Shown: one piece after another, positions 1-10,730 of the stretch
How positions within the stretch are numbered: position 1 is the first letter of the stretch
How the letters are laid out: each line of letters opens with the position of its first letter
NCBI GenBank assembly: GCA_963702535.1
Contig: CAVPDG010000022.1
Coordinates: 31,691 to 95,690 of the forward strand
Source: an uncultured Chloroflexia bacterium
Lineage (GTDB): Bacteria; Chloroflexota; Anaerolineae; Anaerolineales; UBA4823
Reading direction: 5' to 3'
DNA: 64,000 nt
The notes under the pieces: model-generated
Seen by the model: only the letters and a program-made list of their open reading frames with translations
Databases searched by the model: none
Told to the model about the DNA's origin: nothing
Translations under genes and position numbers: made by a program

Positions 1-72
1 AATGTTTTTTCAGCGCCTCAGTGTTTTTTCAGCGCCTCAGTGTTCTTTTCAGTGCCTCAGTGTTTCTGTGAT
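1..72. repeat. Short imperfect tandem repeat (unit ~TCAGCGCCTCAGTGTTTTT, about 3 copies)
   Basis: TCAG(C/T)GCCTCAGTG recurs three times in the first 65 nt; truncated by the window edge. Confidence 0.7.
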
Positions 73-1234
73 TACCACCCCCGCCTTCCCCCTCACGTGC
101 GTCAGGAACAGCACCCGCTCCTCCTCCCCCTGCAGCCGCAGCTCGCGGATCAGCTCCTCCGGCTGCAGCGGCGAGCCGCGCTTCTTCACCGTGACACGCC
201 CCACGTTGCGCTGGCGCAGGTACGCTCGCAGGCGCTTCAAGCTGAAGGGCATCCAGTCTTCCACCGCTCCAGGCTCGCGCAAATGGCGTTTCGACCAACC
301 GGTCGCTGCTCAGGTAGGCGATATCCGCGTCGATCTGCCACGCATCCAGTTGCCCACCCAGCGTTTGCACCAGTCCCGCTCGCAGCACGGCGGGATCCGG
401 CTCGTACAGGTACGCCCCCGGCTCACGCACCGCCAGGCTCACGTCCGGCGCTTCCGTCAGACTGTAACCTCCGGGTAATAGCGTCGCCCGGCGCTCGACC
501 GTCTTCAGCGCGCCGAACCATAGCACGGCTTCTTTCAACTCTCCGCGCAGTGAGATGAACTCGATCTCCGCCGCGTATCCCTGCAGCTCTTCCAGCTTCA
601 CTCCCGGCGAGATTTTGACCCCCAGCGCCGGGCAGACTTCGCAGCCAGTCGCTGCATCAAGTAGCAGCGGCGGCTCGTACTCCCTGACCGAGCGCAGCCG
701 CTTCCCCCCGCTGCGCCGCCCTGGGTCAAAGAACAGCGCCAGCCCGTTGTGATCCAGGGAGTAGCGGCAAGGGATTGCGCAGGTCTGCCTGCGCGAAGCC
801 AAGCGCAAGTCCAGCCCCAGCGCCCGGGCGTTCGCCTGCGCCATGCTCAGGCGCAGGGCATCCAGGTCAATGCCGATCGTCGGCGCTGTTTCCGCCAGCG
901 CCAGGCTGTCGCTGCCCGCAGAGCAGCCCAGGTCTGCCAGGTGCTCAAATGGGCGGAAGCGCTTCGCCCGGTGCACAGCGATCTCCCAACTGGAGGCTTG
1001 TTCCAGCGCTTCGCGGGTGAAGAATAGTTTCTCGGCGAAAGGAAATTTAGCCGTCGCCTTACCCCGGGCGATGGCGACCTCCAGGGCTGCCTTCGCCAGA
1101 TCCACATCGAAGCGGCGGGATAGCGCCTGGAGATGCTTCAGGAAATCCTCCTCGCGCGGCTGTAGCGCCTGCGCCGCCTGGAGCGCTTCCTGTCCCGCAG
1201 GCGCCAGCAGCCGGGTGAACGTGTCGATCTGCAT
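49..1234 (-). CDS. Class I SAM-dependent methyltransferase with THUMP-like C-terminus (apparent frameshift near 270)
   Basis: ORF 29..1234 has LEQASS, ADLGCSAGSD and FFDPGRR motifs; the C-terminus continues in ORF 49..282 (FSLKRLRAYLRQRNVGRVTVKKRG). Confidence 0.8.
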
Positions 1235-1349
1235 GATTCGATTCTAACATCCTCCCCCTTGCCAGGAACCTGTTCTGGTACAATTCTCGCGCACCTTTTG
1301 GATACCGCTTGATTTCCGGCATTTCCCGATTATATAACGAGAAAGAACC

Positions 1350-1765
1350 ATGCAGAGAAGCTACCAGGATACAATCCGTTATCAAGCGCATCCTTTCCAC
1401 AAGCAAGACCATCGCTGTTGTCGGGCTTTCCTCTCAGCCCGGCAAAGCCGGCTACTTCGTCCCTGCCTACCTGCAATCCAAGGGCTACAGATCATCCCTG
1501 TCAACCCCACGCTGGAGCAGGCGTTGGGCGAGAAATCCTATCCCGACCTGCTCGTCTGCGCCCCAGCCGGTCGACCTGGTGCTCATCTTCCGCCGCAGCG
1601 AAGCCGTGCCGCCCTTCGTCGATCAGGCGATCCAGATCGGCGCCAAAGCCGTGTGGATGCAGTTGGGCATCGTCAACGAAGTCCGCCGCCCGTAAAGCCG
1701 AGGAAGCCGGTCTGGATGTGGTGATGGACGCCTGCATGATGGTGGAGCACCGCCGCCGTTCTTAA
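1350..1765 (+). CDS. CoA-binding protein (YccU-like), spread over three frames by indels
   Basis: Pieces KTIAVVGLS..YLQSKGY, IIPVNP..LGEKSYPDL, VDLVLIFRRSE..AKAVWMQLGI and AEEAGLDVVMDACMMVEH lie in ORFs 1309, 1350 and 1418. Confidence 0.8.
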
Positions 1766-1781
1766 CGCTTCCAGGAAAGAA

Positions 1782-1827
1782 AAAACGGGCTCGTTTGTGG
1801 ATCACGGTCCACAAACGAGCCCGTTTT
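1782..1827. terminator. Bidirectional intrinsic terminator
   Basis: Perfect 20-bp inverted repeat AAAACGGGCTCGTTTGTGGA / TCCACAAACGAGCCCGTTTT with a 6-nt loop, between convergent genes. Confidence 0.85.
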
Positions 1828-1838
1828 GTATTCCTTGA

Positions 1839-3129
1839 TTACATCATCAGGCGAGCAGACCTGCGCCCGATCTCCACAGCGAAGTTCGTCCCCCTATCCC
1901 AGGGGTACACCTGGCTCATGCTGGCGAAGTACAGGTCCTTCAGCGGGGTCTGGATGGCGGGGATGTTCTGCGAGTGGTTCACCAGCGGCACAGGCTGGGC
2001 GTACGCCGTGCGGAAAAGCCAGGTTTTGCGCACCCACTCCGGCTTGAAGCGCGGGTTGATCTTCGGCAGCACGGGCAGGAAGCGCTCCAGCAGCTCGTCC
2101 TGGCTCAGGCTGAAATACTCGTGGTCGGTCTCCAGGTAATCGCCGGCGTAGACGATATGCTCGCCGCCGAAATGCTCCGCCGGCAGGAAGTTGGTGTGCT
2201 CCACCAGCGCCAGGAAGGGGAAACCCGCCGACTTGGGGATGTTGTACCAGTAGTAGCCCTCCTCGGATAGCTGCTGCTTCATCGCCATCACCATCACCAC
2301 CGCCCCCATGCTTTTCAGGTCGAGCAAGCCCTTCAGGTACTCCGGCGGCAGGTCCGGCGCCAGGCGCGCCATCAGCGAGGGCGCCGCCGTCACCAGGCAC
2401 TGGTCGAAATGCAGCCTCTCGTCAGCCGCCAGCAGGTCAAGCCCGCCCGTGGGTGAGGGCAGGATGCGCTCCAGCGGCGTCGAGAGGCGGATATCCACGC
2501 CCATTTGCCGCAGCCGGTCGGCGAAGCGGTCGGCGAAGACCTGGAAACCGCCGCTGAACGTACCCAGGCGCGTGGTGCGCGCCTTGATGCGCGCCCACAT
2601 CCAAGCCATGTTCACCTCTCGGGCATAGCGCTCCCCGAACTTGCCGTTCATCAGCGGTTGCCACATCAGCTCATAGACCCGGTCGCCCGCCCATTTGCGC
2701 ATCCAGGCGTCCACCGTGGTCTTCTCCAGCGCCTGCCAATTATTCGTCAGCTTCAGGTATAGACCCACCAGCCCGAAGCGCGCCTTGTTGATCCCCCACC
2801 CCAGACCCGGGAACATCGCCATCTGCACGATCGAATCGAAGGGGTAAAACTTGCCCTGGTGGTACATCACTGTGTAAGGGCGTGGGAAGAGCACCTGGTC
2901 GCTCCAGCCCAGCTCTTCGATCAGACCCAGGATATGGCGGTCTGTAGCAAACCAGTGGTGGTAGTACTTCTCCACCCACCAATCCCAGTGCGGCTCCTTA
3001 AACCCGCTGGCCAGCCCGCCGACATAATCGGCTGCCTCGAAGATCGTCACCGGATTTCCGGCGTGCTCTCAGGTCGTAAGCGGCTGCCAGACCACCGATG
3101 CCCGCCCCCAGGATCGCGATTTTCTTCAT
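1839..3129 (-). CDS. FAD-dependent oxidoreductase (protoporphyrinogen oxidase/amine oxidase family); frameshift near 3060
   Basis: ATG at 3129 reads MKKIAILGAGIGGLAAAYDL (Rossmann GxGxxG); body is ORF 1839..3050 (VGGLASGF..EKYYHH..YPWDRGTN). Confidence 0.8.
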
Positions 3130-4146
3130 GCCTCTGCCCTCGCCTTGTCCAGATCGGCTCCCCAGCTGACGCCTTCTCGCATCCCGTAATACAGCCCCAG
3201 CATGGTGATCGGGAACCAGAGGGCGGCGTGGAGCACCAGCGTGTACACCGCTGCAAGGTTGTATTCCACTTTGAAAGCGGTCAGCACGGCGATCCCGGAG
3301 GCGTCGAAGGTACCCAGGTAGCCCGGCGCCGAGGGGATGGTGGTCACCAGGTTGGAGATGCCATTCATCAGCATCAATGTGAAGAAGCTGACCTCGAAGG
3401 GGAAAGCGTGCATCAGGATCCAGTATTTGAACGTCTCAATCAGCCAGATCACCACCGAGGTCAGGAAGACCATCAGGGCTTCACGCGGCGAGCGCAAGGC
3501 GGCCAGACCTTCCAGGAATTTCTCAAGGATGCCGATCAGCTTCTCGCGGTATTTCTTCGGCGCCAGGTATTGCGCCAGCAAGCGCACAATCGTCATGGCA
3601 CGCTCCGGGAACATGGCTGCCGCCAGGAAAACGCCCAGCGCGCCCAGGAAAGCCAGTGTGCCCAACGATCGCCAGGGTGCGGATGTCGCCCACAAAGCCG
3701 GAGGTGCCCGTCAATTTAGCCAGTTCGTTCAGGTTGACGAAAATGAACCCCAGCATCACCACCCCGTCATACACCCGCTCCACGATGATCGTCGCCAGTG
3801 AGGCTGAGATCGCCACCCCCTCATGGCGCTTGAGCACGATCGCCCGCAGCACCTCGCCAGCCCGAGCCGGGAAGATATTGTTGGCTGCATAACCGATGGT
3901 CACGATCGGGAAGAGAGAAGTGGTCGGGATGGCTTTGATCGGGCGCAGCAGGTAATGCCAGCGCCAGGTGCGCACCCATACCCCCACAAAATACACCGCG
4001 ATCGCCGGGATCAGCCACCAGTAGTTCAGCCCTTGCAGCGCTTGCATCACGTCTGCCAGGACCAGTCCCTTCAAAGCCCACCATAAGAAGATCGCGCTGA
4101 TGACCAGCCCAATCCAAAACTGCCAGCGTTTTTTCACGGCTCTCAT
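3126..4146 (-). CDS. Lysylphosphatidylglycerol-synthase TM / flippase-like (UPF0104) membrane protein; frameshift near 3660
   Basis: ORFs 3523..4146 (RTWRWHYLL, NNIFPARAGEVLR, IVERVYD) and 3126..3695 (PSAPGYLGTFD). Confidence 0.8.
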
Positions 4147-4245
4147 TCTACCATGCAGAGGTGCATTCCATGCTTATCGCAAGCGCAAGGCGGCGCTTCG
4201 ATTATTCTCGGAACCCACTCAGCCTGCTCCGTGACGGATTTGCGG

Positions 4246-4273
4246 GGAACTCACCCAATTCGCAAAGCGTCTT
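4246..4273 (+). promoter_or_regulatory. Possible ECF-sigma promoter for the LysM gene
   Basis: GGAAC-N17-CGTCTT. Confidence 0.35.
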
Positions 4274-4394
4274 AAAATCGAGTAGAATAACGCAAATCCT
4301 TGAGTCACACGTACTCCGCGGTTGAAGCGGGAAGACCCCCGCAACGGGCTACTCTTCACCGGTATAAGACATCTGGCTCAAGCGTGAAACGGAA

Positions 4395-5132
4395 ATGGAT
4401 ATGACCGACAAAGATAAAGAATCGGCCCAAGACGTAATTGAAAGATACCGCAAGCACCAGAAGCAGGCGCAAAAAGCCCCCATCATGCTCGGGGTGGCTG
4501 CCGGCTTGCTGGTCGTTGGGGCTGCCGCTCTCATCTTCTGGCTGGTCGGACCGGGACTGCCAGAGTTATCTTTCCTGGCGACAGAAACCCCCACGCCTAC
4601 GGTGACCTCCACCCCAACCGCTACGGCGACAGCCACCCTCAACCCCACCGAGACGCCAACCAGCACCCCTACCCCCACCATCACCCTCACCCCTACCGCC
4701 AGCGGACCCTTTGTGTACGAGGTGCTGGAAAACGACAATCTCTTCAGCATTGCGGAGAAGTTCAACGTCGATCTGCTGGTCTTGATCGCCATCAACAACC
4801 TGGATGCGACCAATCCGATCATCCGCGTTGGCGATAAGCTCACCATCCCGGGTCCGGATACCCAACTCCCCACCTCTTCACCCATCCCCCTGAGCATGCG
4901 CCGCGGCACCCTGGTCGAATACACCGTCCAGACCGGCGACACGCTGGCAATCATCGCCGACAAGTTCAATAGCACGGTCGACGACATCGTCGCGGAGAAT
5001 GAGCTGACCGACCCCAACGCCATCTTCGTCGGGCAGAAACTGAACATCCCGGTCAACCTGGTCACACCGGTCCCCAGCAGCACGCCGGGTCCATCGCCAA
5101 CCCCCAGCGCTACCCTGACCGCCACCCCTTGA
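4395..5132 (+). CDS. Membrane-anchored protein with two LysM domains
   Basis: N-terminal TM helix, Thr/Pro linker, YEVLENDNLFSIAEKFNV and YTVQTGDTLAIIADKFNS LysM repeats. Confidence 0.9.
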   Translation: MDMTDKDKESAQDVIERYRKHQKQAQKAPIMLGVAAGLLVVGAAALIFWLVGPGLPELSFLATETPTPTVTSTPTATATATLNPTETPTSTPTPTITLTPTASGPFVYEVLENDNLFSIAEKFNVDLLVLIAINNLDATNPIIRVGDKLTIPGPDTQLPTSSPIPLSMRRGTLVEYTVQTGDTLAIIADKFNSTVDDIVAENELTDPNAIFVGQKLNIPVNLVTPVPSSTPGPSPTPSATLTATP

Positions 5133-5194
5133 GTAGGGGAGACGCCAATCTCAAGGAGCAGGTGCCCGAGCATCTGCTCCTTTGTTATCCCATC

Positions 5195-5239
5195 TTGACA
5201 GCCTGGATAGAAGCATTATAATGAAAATGATTTTCAATT
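5195..5239 (+). promoter_or_regulatory. Sigma70 promoter overlapped by a Zur/Fur-type operator
   Basis: TTGACA(5195)-N16-TATAAT(5217); near-palindrome TAATGAAAATGATTTTCAATT (5219-5239) resembles the actinobacterial Zur box; lies upstream of Zn ABC genes and a Fur-family gene. Confidence 0.8.
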
Positions 5240-5280
5240 TCAAATCCTGCACGTGCAAGGCGCCCATGAGATCATAGCCA

Positions 5281-6220
5281 ATGAAACATCCTTTCCTACT
5301 GACCGGCTTCTTAATCTTGCTCGCATTACTCCCTCTCTCCGCCTGCTCAATCCCGGCGCCTGGAACCAGCGCGCCGTCCGGAAAGCTCAAGGTGGTAGCT
5401 ACCACTACCCTCATCGGTGATATCGTGAAGAATATTGGCGGCGAACAGATCGATCTATCCGTGCTCCTGCCCATCGGCGCCGATCCCCATAACTACGAGC
5501 CTTCTCCCAAGGAACTCACCCTGGTTGCCAATGCGGACGTGCTCTTCACCAACGGCGCCGGTCTCGAGGGTTTCATGACCCGGTTGCTGGAGAACGCCGG
5601 CAGCCAGGCGAGTATCATCGCTCTCTCCGATGGGCTCACCTTGATCGACGCCGCAGAAGAAGACGACCATGCCGGCGATCCCGATCACGGCGGCAGTGAT
5701 CCACATGTCTGGATGGATCCAACCAATGTAGAGCACTGGGTTGACCGCATCGAGCAGGCTTTGAGTGAGGCAGATCCCGAACAAGCCGCAACTTACCAGG
5801 CAAACGCCCAGGCTTACCGCCAGGCGTTGAGCGATCTGGATGCCTGGATCAGCCAGCAGGTAGCCCAGGTGCCGCAGGCTAACCGCAAGATCGTCTCGGA
5901 TCACGTGGTTTTTGGCTACTTCGCCAGGCGCTATGGGTTCGAGCAGGTCGGTGCGGTGATCCCCTCCATCAGCACCCTCGCCTCGCCCTCTGCTCAGGAG
6001 CTGGCAGCGCTTGGAGGAGATCATTAATAACCTGGGCGTCAAAGCGATCTTTGTCGATTCGACGGTCAATCCCGGTCTTTCCCAGCGCATTGCCAGCGAC
6101 ACCCAGATCCAGGTGGTGCCGGTCTACTCGGGCTCGCTCAGCCCCGCCGCTGGTCCTGCCGCCACTTACCTGGATTTCATGCGCGCCAATGTCACCGCCA
6201 TCGTCCAGGCGCTGAAATGA
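5281..6220 (+). CDS. znuA: Zn/Mn ABC transporter substrate-binding lipoprotein; frameshift near 6015
   Basis: Lipobox LSAC, ADPHNYEP, DPHVWMDP, His/Asp loop; C-terminus in ORF 6011..6220. Confidence 0.85.
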
Positions 6221-6236
6221 CCGGAGGAGGACCCCT

Positions 6237-7091
6237 ATGGCTTTTCTGAAGCAGTTTTATAAAAATGCCTTGCCCTTAACTCACGTCCACCACCAGCCGG
6301 GAGCGCCGCTATTAGAGGTGGCTGACCTTGCCGTGCGCTACAACGGAGTGACCGCTCTGGAAAGCATCGCCTTCTCGCTGCATGCCGGGCAACGGCTGGC
6401 AGTGGTCGGTCCGAATGGGGCTGGCAAGAGCACGCTGTTCAAAGTGATCGCGGGCGTGCTCGCGCCCACCCGCGGCGAGGTGCGCATCTCGGGCTACCAG
6501 CCTGGCGGTCATATCTGCATCGCCTACCTGACCCAGCGCAGCGCGGTCGATTGGAGCTTCCCGGTCAGTGTGGCAGATGTGGTCATGATGGGTCGCATCG
6601 GCAAGCTCGGGTTGTTCCGCTGGCCCAAGAAAGAAGACTGGGCGTACGTCCGCCATGCCATCGAGTCCGTCGGTCTGGCTGATCTCGCCGGGCGGCAGAT
6701 CAGCGAGCTTTCCGGGGGACAGCAGCAGCGCATGTTCATCGCCCGCGCCCTGGCGCAGGAAGCGGAGCTGATGCTGATGGATGAGCCTTTCACCGGGCTG
6801 GACTTCAAGTCGCAGCAGGATATCCTGCAGATTATGGATCTGCTGCGCCAGCAGGGCGTGACGATCTTAGCCTCTACCCATGACCTGAACCTGGCTGGCG
6901 ATCATTTCGATCGCGTGTTGCTGCTGAACCGCCGCCTGGTCGGCTTTGGCTCGCCTCAAGAGGTATTCACCACCGAGCGGCTGGTCGCCGCCTACGGCGG
7001 TCATCTCCGCCTGGTCGAATCAGACAGGGACACCTTCGCCATCAGCGACACCTGCTGTGATGAGGAGGGGGCGCATGAACACACTGTTTAG
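6237..7091 (+). CDS. znuC: Zn/Mn ABC transporter ATP-binding protein
   Basis: GPNGAGKS, LSGGQQQR, LMDEPF. Confidence 0.9.
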   Translation: MAFLKQFYKNALPLTHVHHQPGAPLLEVADLAVRYNGVTALESIAFSLHAGQRLAVVGPNGAGKSTLFKVIAGVLAPTRGEVRISGYQPGGHICIAYLTQRSAVDWSFPVSVADVVMMGRIGKLGLFRWPKKEDWAYVRHAIESVGLADLAGRQISELSGGQQQRMFIARALAQEAELMLMDEPFTGLDFKSQQDILQIMDLLRQQGVTILASTHDLNLAGDHFDRVLLLNRRLVGFGSPQEVFTTERLVAAYGGHLRLVESDRDTFAISDTCCDEEGAHEHTV

Positions 7092-7938
7092 TCTGCTCCT
7101 CGAGCCGTTGAATTACGCTTTCATGGTGCGCGGCATCCTGGCCGCCTTGATGGTGGGCGCCGTCTGCGCCCTGGTGGGCACCTACGTCGTCCTGCGCGGC
7201 ATGGCGTTCTTTGGCGACGCCCTGGCGCACGCCATCCTGCCCGGCATTGCCGCCGGTTACCTCATCGGCGGCGGGGCGCGCGAGCCCCTCTTCTGGGGGG
7301 CGTTGCTGGCGGCTGTGATCAGCTCCATCGGCATCGGCGCGGTCAGCAAGATGACCAACCTGCGCCAGGACACCGCCATCGGCATTGTCTTTGCCGGCAT
7401 GTTCGCCCTGGGCATTGCCATGATCTCCACCGTGCGTAACTACACCCTTGACCTAGCGCACTTCCTCTTTGGAGATGTCCTGGGGGTATCGAACAGCGAC
7501 CTGCTGCTCATCGCCGCCCTGGGTAGCCTGATCCTCCTGGCGGTGGTGCTCTTCTACAAGGAATTCCTGGTGCTTTCCTTCGACCCGCTCCTGGCCGCCA
7601 CCCTCAGGCTGCCGGACCGCATCCTGGAATACCTGCTGTTGATCCTCATCGCCCTGGTCATCGTCGTCTCGCTGCAAACGGTGGGGGTCGCCTTGATGGT
7701 CGCAATGCTGGTCACCCCGGCGGCAACGGCATACCTGCTCACCCGCCGCCTGCCTTTCATGATGGCGCTGGCAGCCGCCATTGCCTGCTTTTCCGGCGTG
7801 GTCGGTCTGTACCTTTCGTATTACGTGCGCGTGTCCTCCGGCGCGGCGATCGTGCTGACCTGCACTGCTTTCTTTATCCTTGCCTGGATCGTGCGCCTGG
7901 TGCGCACAGCCCGCCTGGAGAGGCTGCCGCCGCTATGA
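7075..7938 (+). CDS. znuB: Zn/Mn ABC transporter permease
   Basis: ATG at 7075 (MNTLF); GDALAHAILPG motif; multiple TM helices. Confidence 0.9.
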   Translation: MNTLFSLLLEPLNYAFMVRGILAALMVGAVCALVGTYVVLRGMAFFGDALAHAILPGIAAGYLIGGGAREPLFWGALLAAVISSIGIGAVSKMTNLRQDTAIGIVFAGMFALGIAMISTVRNYTLDLAHFLFGDVLGVSNSDLLLIAALGSLILLAVVLFYKEFLVLSFDPLLAATLRLPDRILEYLLLILIALVIVVSLQTVGVALMVAMLVTPAATAYLLTRRLPFMMALAAAIACFSGVVGLYLSYYVRVSSGAAIVLTCTAFFILAWIVRLVRTARLERLPPL

Positions 7939-8402
7939 CCGGATATATTCCCCCCTCTTCACCCGCACTCGTCGACGAATGGCTGCGGCGACTTGAAGCC
8001 AACGGCTACCGCCTCACCGCGCCGCGCCGCGCCGTTGTTGAGATCATCGCCCTCAGCCGGCATGTGCTCACCCCCATGGATATCTTCGAGCAAGCGCGAC
8101 CCCACCATGCCAGGCTGGGTCTGGTGACGGTTTACCGCACACTGGAAAAGCTCGAAGAGCTGGAGCTGGTGCAGCGCGTCCACCGCCCATCCGGCTGCCA
8201 GGCGTTCATCGCCGCTTTTTCAGGGCACCAGCACCTGCTCATTTGCCAGGGCTGCGGCCGCGTAGAGTTCTTCAATGGGGAAGACGACCATATCGAATCC
8301 CTGATGTCGCATGTTGGGGAAGCGTGTGGCTACCAGGTGCAATCGCACTGGCTGCAGCTTTTCGGCGTCTGCGAGCATTGCCAGGGAAACGGCACTACTT
8401 GA
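7935..8402 (+). CDS. zur: Fur-family regulator, probably Zur
   Basis: RLTAPRRAV, TVYRTL, HQHLLICQGC, C-terminal CEHC; lies in the znu operon. Confidence 0.8.
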   Translation: MTGYIPPSSPALVDEWLRRLEANGYRLTAPRRAVVEIIALSRHVLTPMDIFEQARPHHARLGLVTVYRTLEKLEELELVQRVHRPSGCQAFIAAFSGHQHLLICQGCGRVEFFNGEDDHIESLMSHVGEACGYQVQSHWLQLFGVCEHCQGNGTT

Positions 8403-9550
8403 TCGCCTGGCTGGCAGCCTCGATGCGCTCCATGATCTCAGCCGCCTCAGCTTCACCGGCGATGTGCACGCGCCCGTCGCCGTCTACGTGCGTTGGGATC
8501 AGCTCGAAGCCCTGGAACTCCTTGCCTTTGAATTTGACCAGCAAGATCACGCCTTGTTGGTGATCGTCCGCCCAGGTCTGGTCGAAGACGAAGTTTCCCA
8601 ATCCGTAGAACACCGGCACACCGTTGAGCTCCTGCAACGCCTGGACGACGTGCGTGTGGTTGCCAACCACCAGGTCAGCCCCGGCATCCACCAGCTCCTG
8701 CGCCAGGTTGCGCTGCAGCCAGTTGGGCACAGCCATGTCCTCCGGTCCCCAGTGCGGCATGGCAATCACCACGTCGGATACCTTTTTTGCCTCCGCAATG
8801 GCAGTCTCCAGGTTCTCCTTGTTCAGGATAGCGATGCCCGGCTTATCCTCGCTCGCGAACGCCATCGGCTCAATCTGTCCAAGTGAGACAATCCCGAAGC
8901 GCGTCCCGTTCACCGTCACCACCACCGGCTGCATCGCCTCGGCGTGGTTCTTCCCGGCGCCCACTGGCAGGATGCTCACCCGGCGCAAGTTATCCAGGGT
9001 GTCGAAAAACGCCCGGTCGCCGCAGTTGGTCAGCCCGCAGTTCTTGATGTGGTTGGTTGCCACGCTCATCACGTCGAAGCCCGCCCGCTGCAGGGCATCT
9101 GCATTTTCGGCGCTGCCCACCAGCACATAGGTGGGCACGCAACCTGTGTGCGGAGGATAATCGCTGATGGTTGCGTTCAGTGTGCCAATCGCCAGGTCAG
9201 CCTGTGTGATCAAAGAGCTCACCTCTTCGTAGGGCAGGTCCGGGTTGCCGGAGGCGTCTATGGCTGCCTGCACGCAGCGCGCCGGCACGATGACCCCGGT
9301 AAACAACAACGTGGTGATCGGCTGCGGTGTTGGCGATGGCTCAAGCGTCGCTGTTGGCGCGGGCGTGTCTGTGGGCGGCAGGAGCGTTGCGCTTGGCGCC
9401 GGGACTTGGGCTGGATGTTGCGGCAGCGCGTTGAGGCACAGCCGTTTCCCCCGGCAGCGGCGCGGCTTGCGCCTGGCAGGCGCTCATCAGAAGAATGACC
9501 AAAAAAGCAATCAGGCTGAGGCGAAACGGCATCGTCTTTGTCTCTCGCAA
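8395..9550 (-). CDS. CapA/PGA_cap metallophosphatase-family lipoprotein; N-terminal frameshift(s)
   Basis: ATNH, PHWG, GADLVVGNHTHV and YGLGNFVFDQ in ORF 8395..9309; signal peptide/lipobox LMSAC in ORF 9341..9550. Confidence 0.8.
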
Positions 9551-9590
9551 TGGGAAAGGTGGCAGATAACCCCCTGATTATAAACCGCAA

Positions 9591-10730
9591 TCAGGCCAGT
9601 TTCGCCAGCGCCAGGCGAATTTCGCTCCGAACCGCCTCGTCTGTTTCACGGGTCAGGGCTGCCAGCAACTGCGCCTTGCCACCCAGCCTGCCCAACGCCC
9701 AGGCGGCGTGTTGGCGCACCAGCGCCTCCGGGTCATTCAGCAGTGCGGTCGCCAGCGCCTGGAGGGCGGTAGCATTGCCACTGTTGCCCAGCGCCGTAGC
9801 CACGTTGCGCAGGTAACCTCGCCGGCGGGTGCGTTGGACCGGGCTACCCCTGAATTGTTGGTTGAATGCCTGCGGAGTCAACCCCATCTCACTTACCAGG
9901 CGCGGGCGCTGGTTTTCGGGCCGCGGCGCCAACTCCGGATCGCCATCGCTCCTGCCAAAGCGCAGGTTCCACGGGCAAACCTGCTGGCAAACGTCGCAGC
10001 CGAAAATCCAATCGCCCATCTGTGCCCTTAGCTCGATGGGGATGCCTCCTTTGAGCTCGATCGTCAGGTAAGAGATGCAGCGCCGGGCGTCCAGCGTGCG
10101 GTCGGGGAGGATGCACTGCGTCGGGCAGGCATCGATGCAGCGCCGGCACTTCCCGCATTGGTCTGTCTCGATAGGCGCATCTGGCTCCAACTCGATGCCC
10201 AGCAAGATCTCAGCTAGCAAGAAATAGGAGCCGTGCCGCGGGTTGATCAGGCAGGTATTCTTGCCGATCCAGCCCAGCCCTGCCCTTTGCGCCAGGTCTC
10301 GCTCCAGCACAGGTCCGGTGTCCGTATAAATGCGATGTGGGACGGGCTGCTGTACTTGCTGCTCGATGAAAGCTGCCAGGGCTTGCAGGCGGACGGGCAG
10401 GATATCGTGATAATCTACCCCCCAGGCATACGCCGCCACCCGTCCGCGTGGTTCCGCCTCCTGGTCAGGGACAGAAACGGCGCCTGCCGCCGGGTAGCGC
10501 ATTCCCAGGACGAGAATCGACCGGCACTCCGGCAGGATCTGGCGCGGGTCGGCGCGCCGCTGGCGGGCGCTCTCCTTCGCCAGGTATCCCATCTCCCCAT
10601 GCCTGCCCAGCTCCAGCCAGCGCTCGAACGCCCGGTAATGGGCGGGAGGCTCTGGGGTTGTCACCCCCGCCAGCTCAAATCCCAGGCGGTGAGCTTCCGC
10701 CTTGACTGCTTCGGTCAGGGTTATTCGCAC
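9591..10730 (-). CDS. queG: tRNA epoxyqueuosine(34) reductase
   Basis: YAWGVDYH, DTGPVLER, GWIGKN, CGKCRRCIDACPT, GCDVCQQVCPWN; probable GTG start at 10730. Confidence 0.92.
   Translation of the reverse strand: MRITLTEAVKAEAHRLGFELAGVTTPEPPAHYRAFERWLELGRHGEMGYLAKESARQRRADPRQILPECRSILVLGMRYPAAGAVSVPDQEAEPRGRVAAYAWGVDYHDILPVRLQALAAFIEQQVQQPVPHRIYTDTGPVLERDLAQRAGLGWIGKNTCLINPRHGSYFLLAEILLGIELEPDAPIETDQCGKCRRCIDACPTQCILPDRTLDARRCISYLTIELKGGIPIELRAQMGDWIFGCDVCQQVCPWNLRFGRSDGDPELAPRPENQRPRLVSEMGLTPQAFNQQFRGSPVQRTRRRGYLRNVATALGNSGNATALQALATALLNDPEALVRQHAAWALGRLGGKAQLLAALTRETDEAVRSEIRLALAKLA

Noticed and set aside
1-72. Possible CRISPR array at the window start
   Set aside because: Units are about 20 nt and adjacent, with no unique spacers and no cas genes
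8395-9550. Poly-gamma-glutamate capsule locus
   Set aside because: Only a CapA-family gene is present, without capB/capC; lone homologs are common
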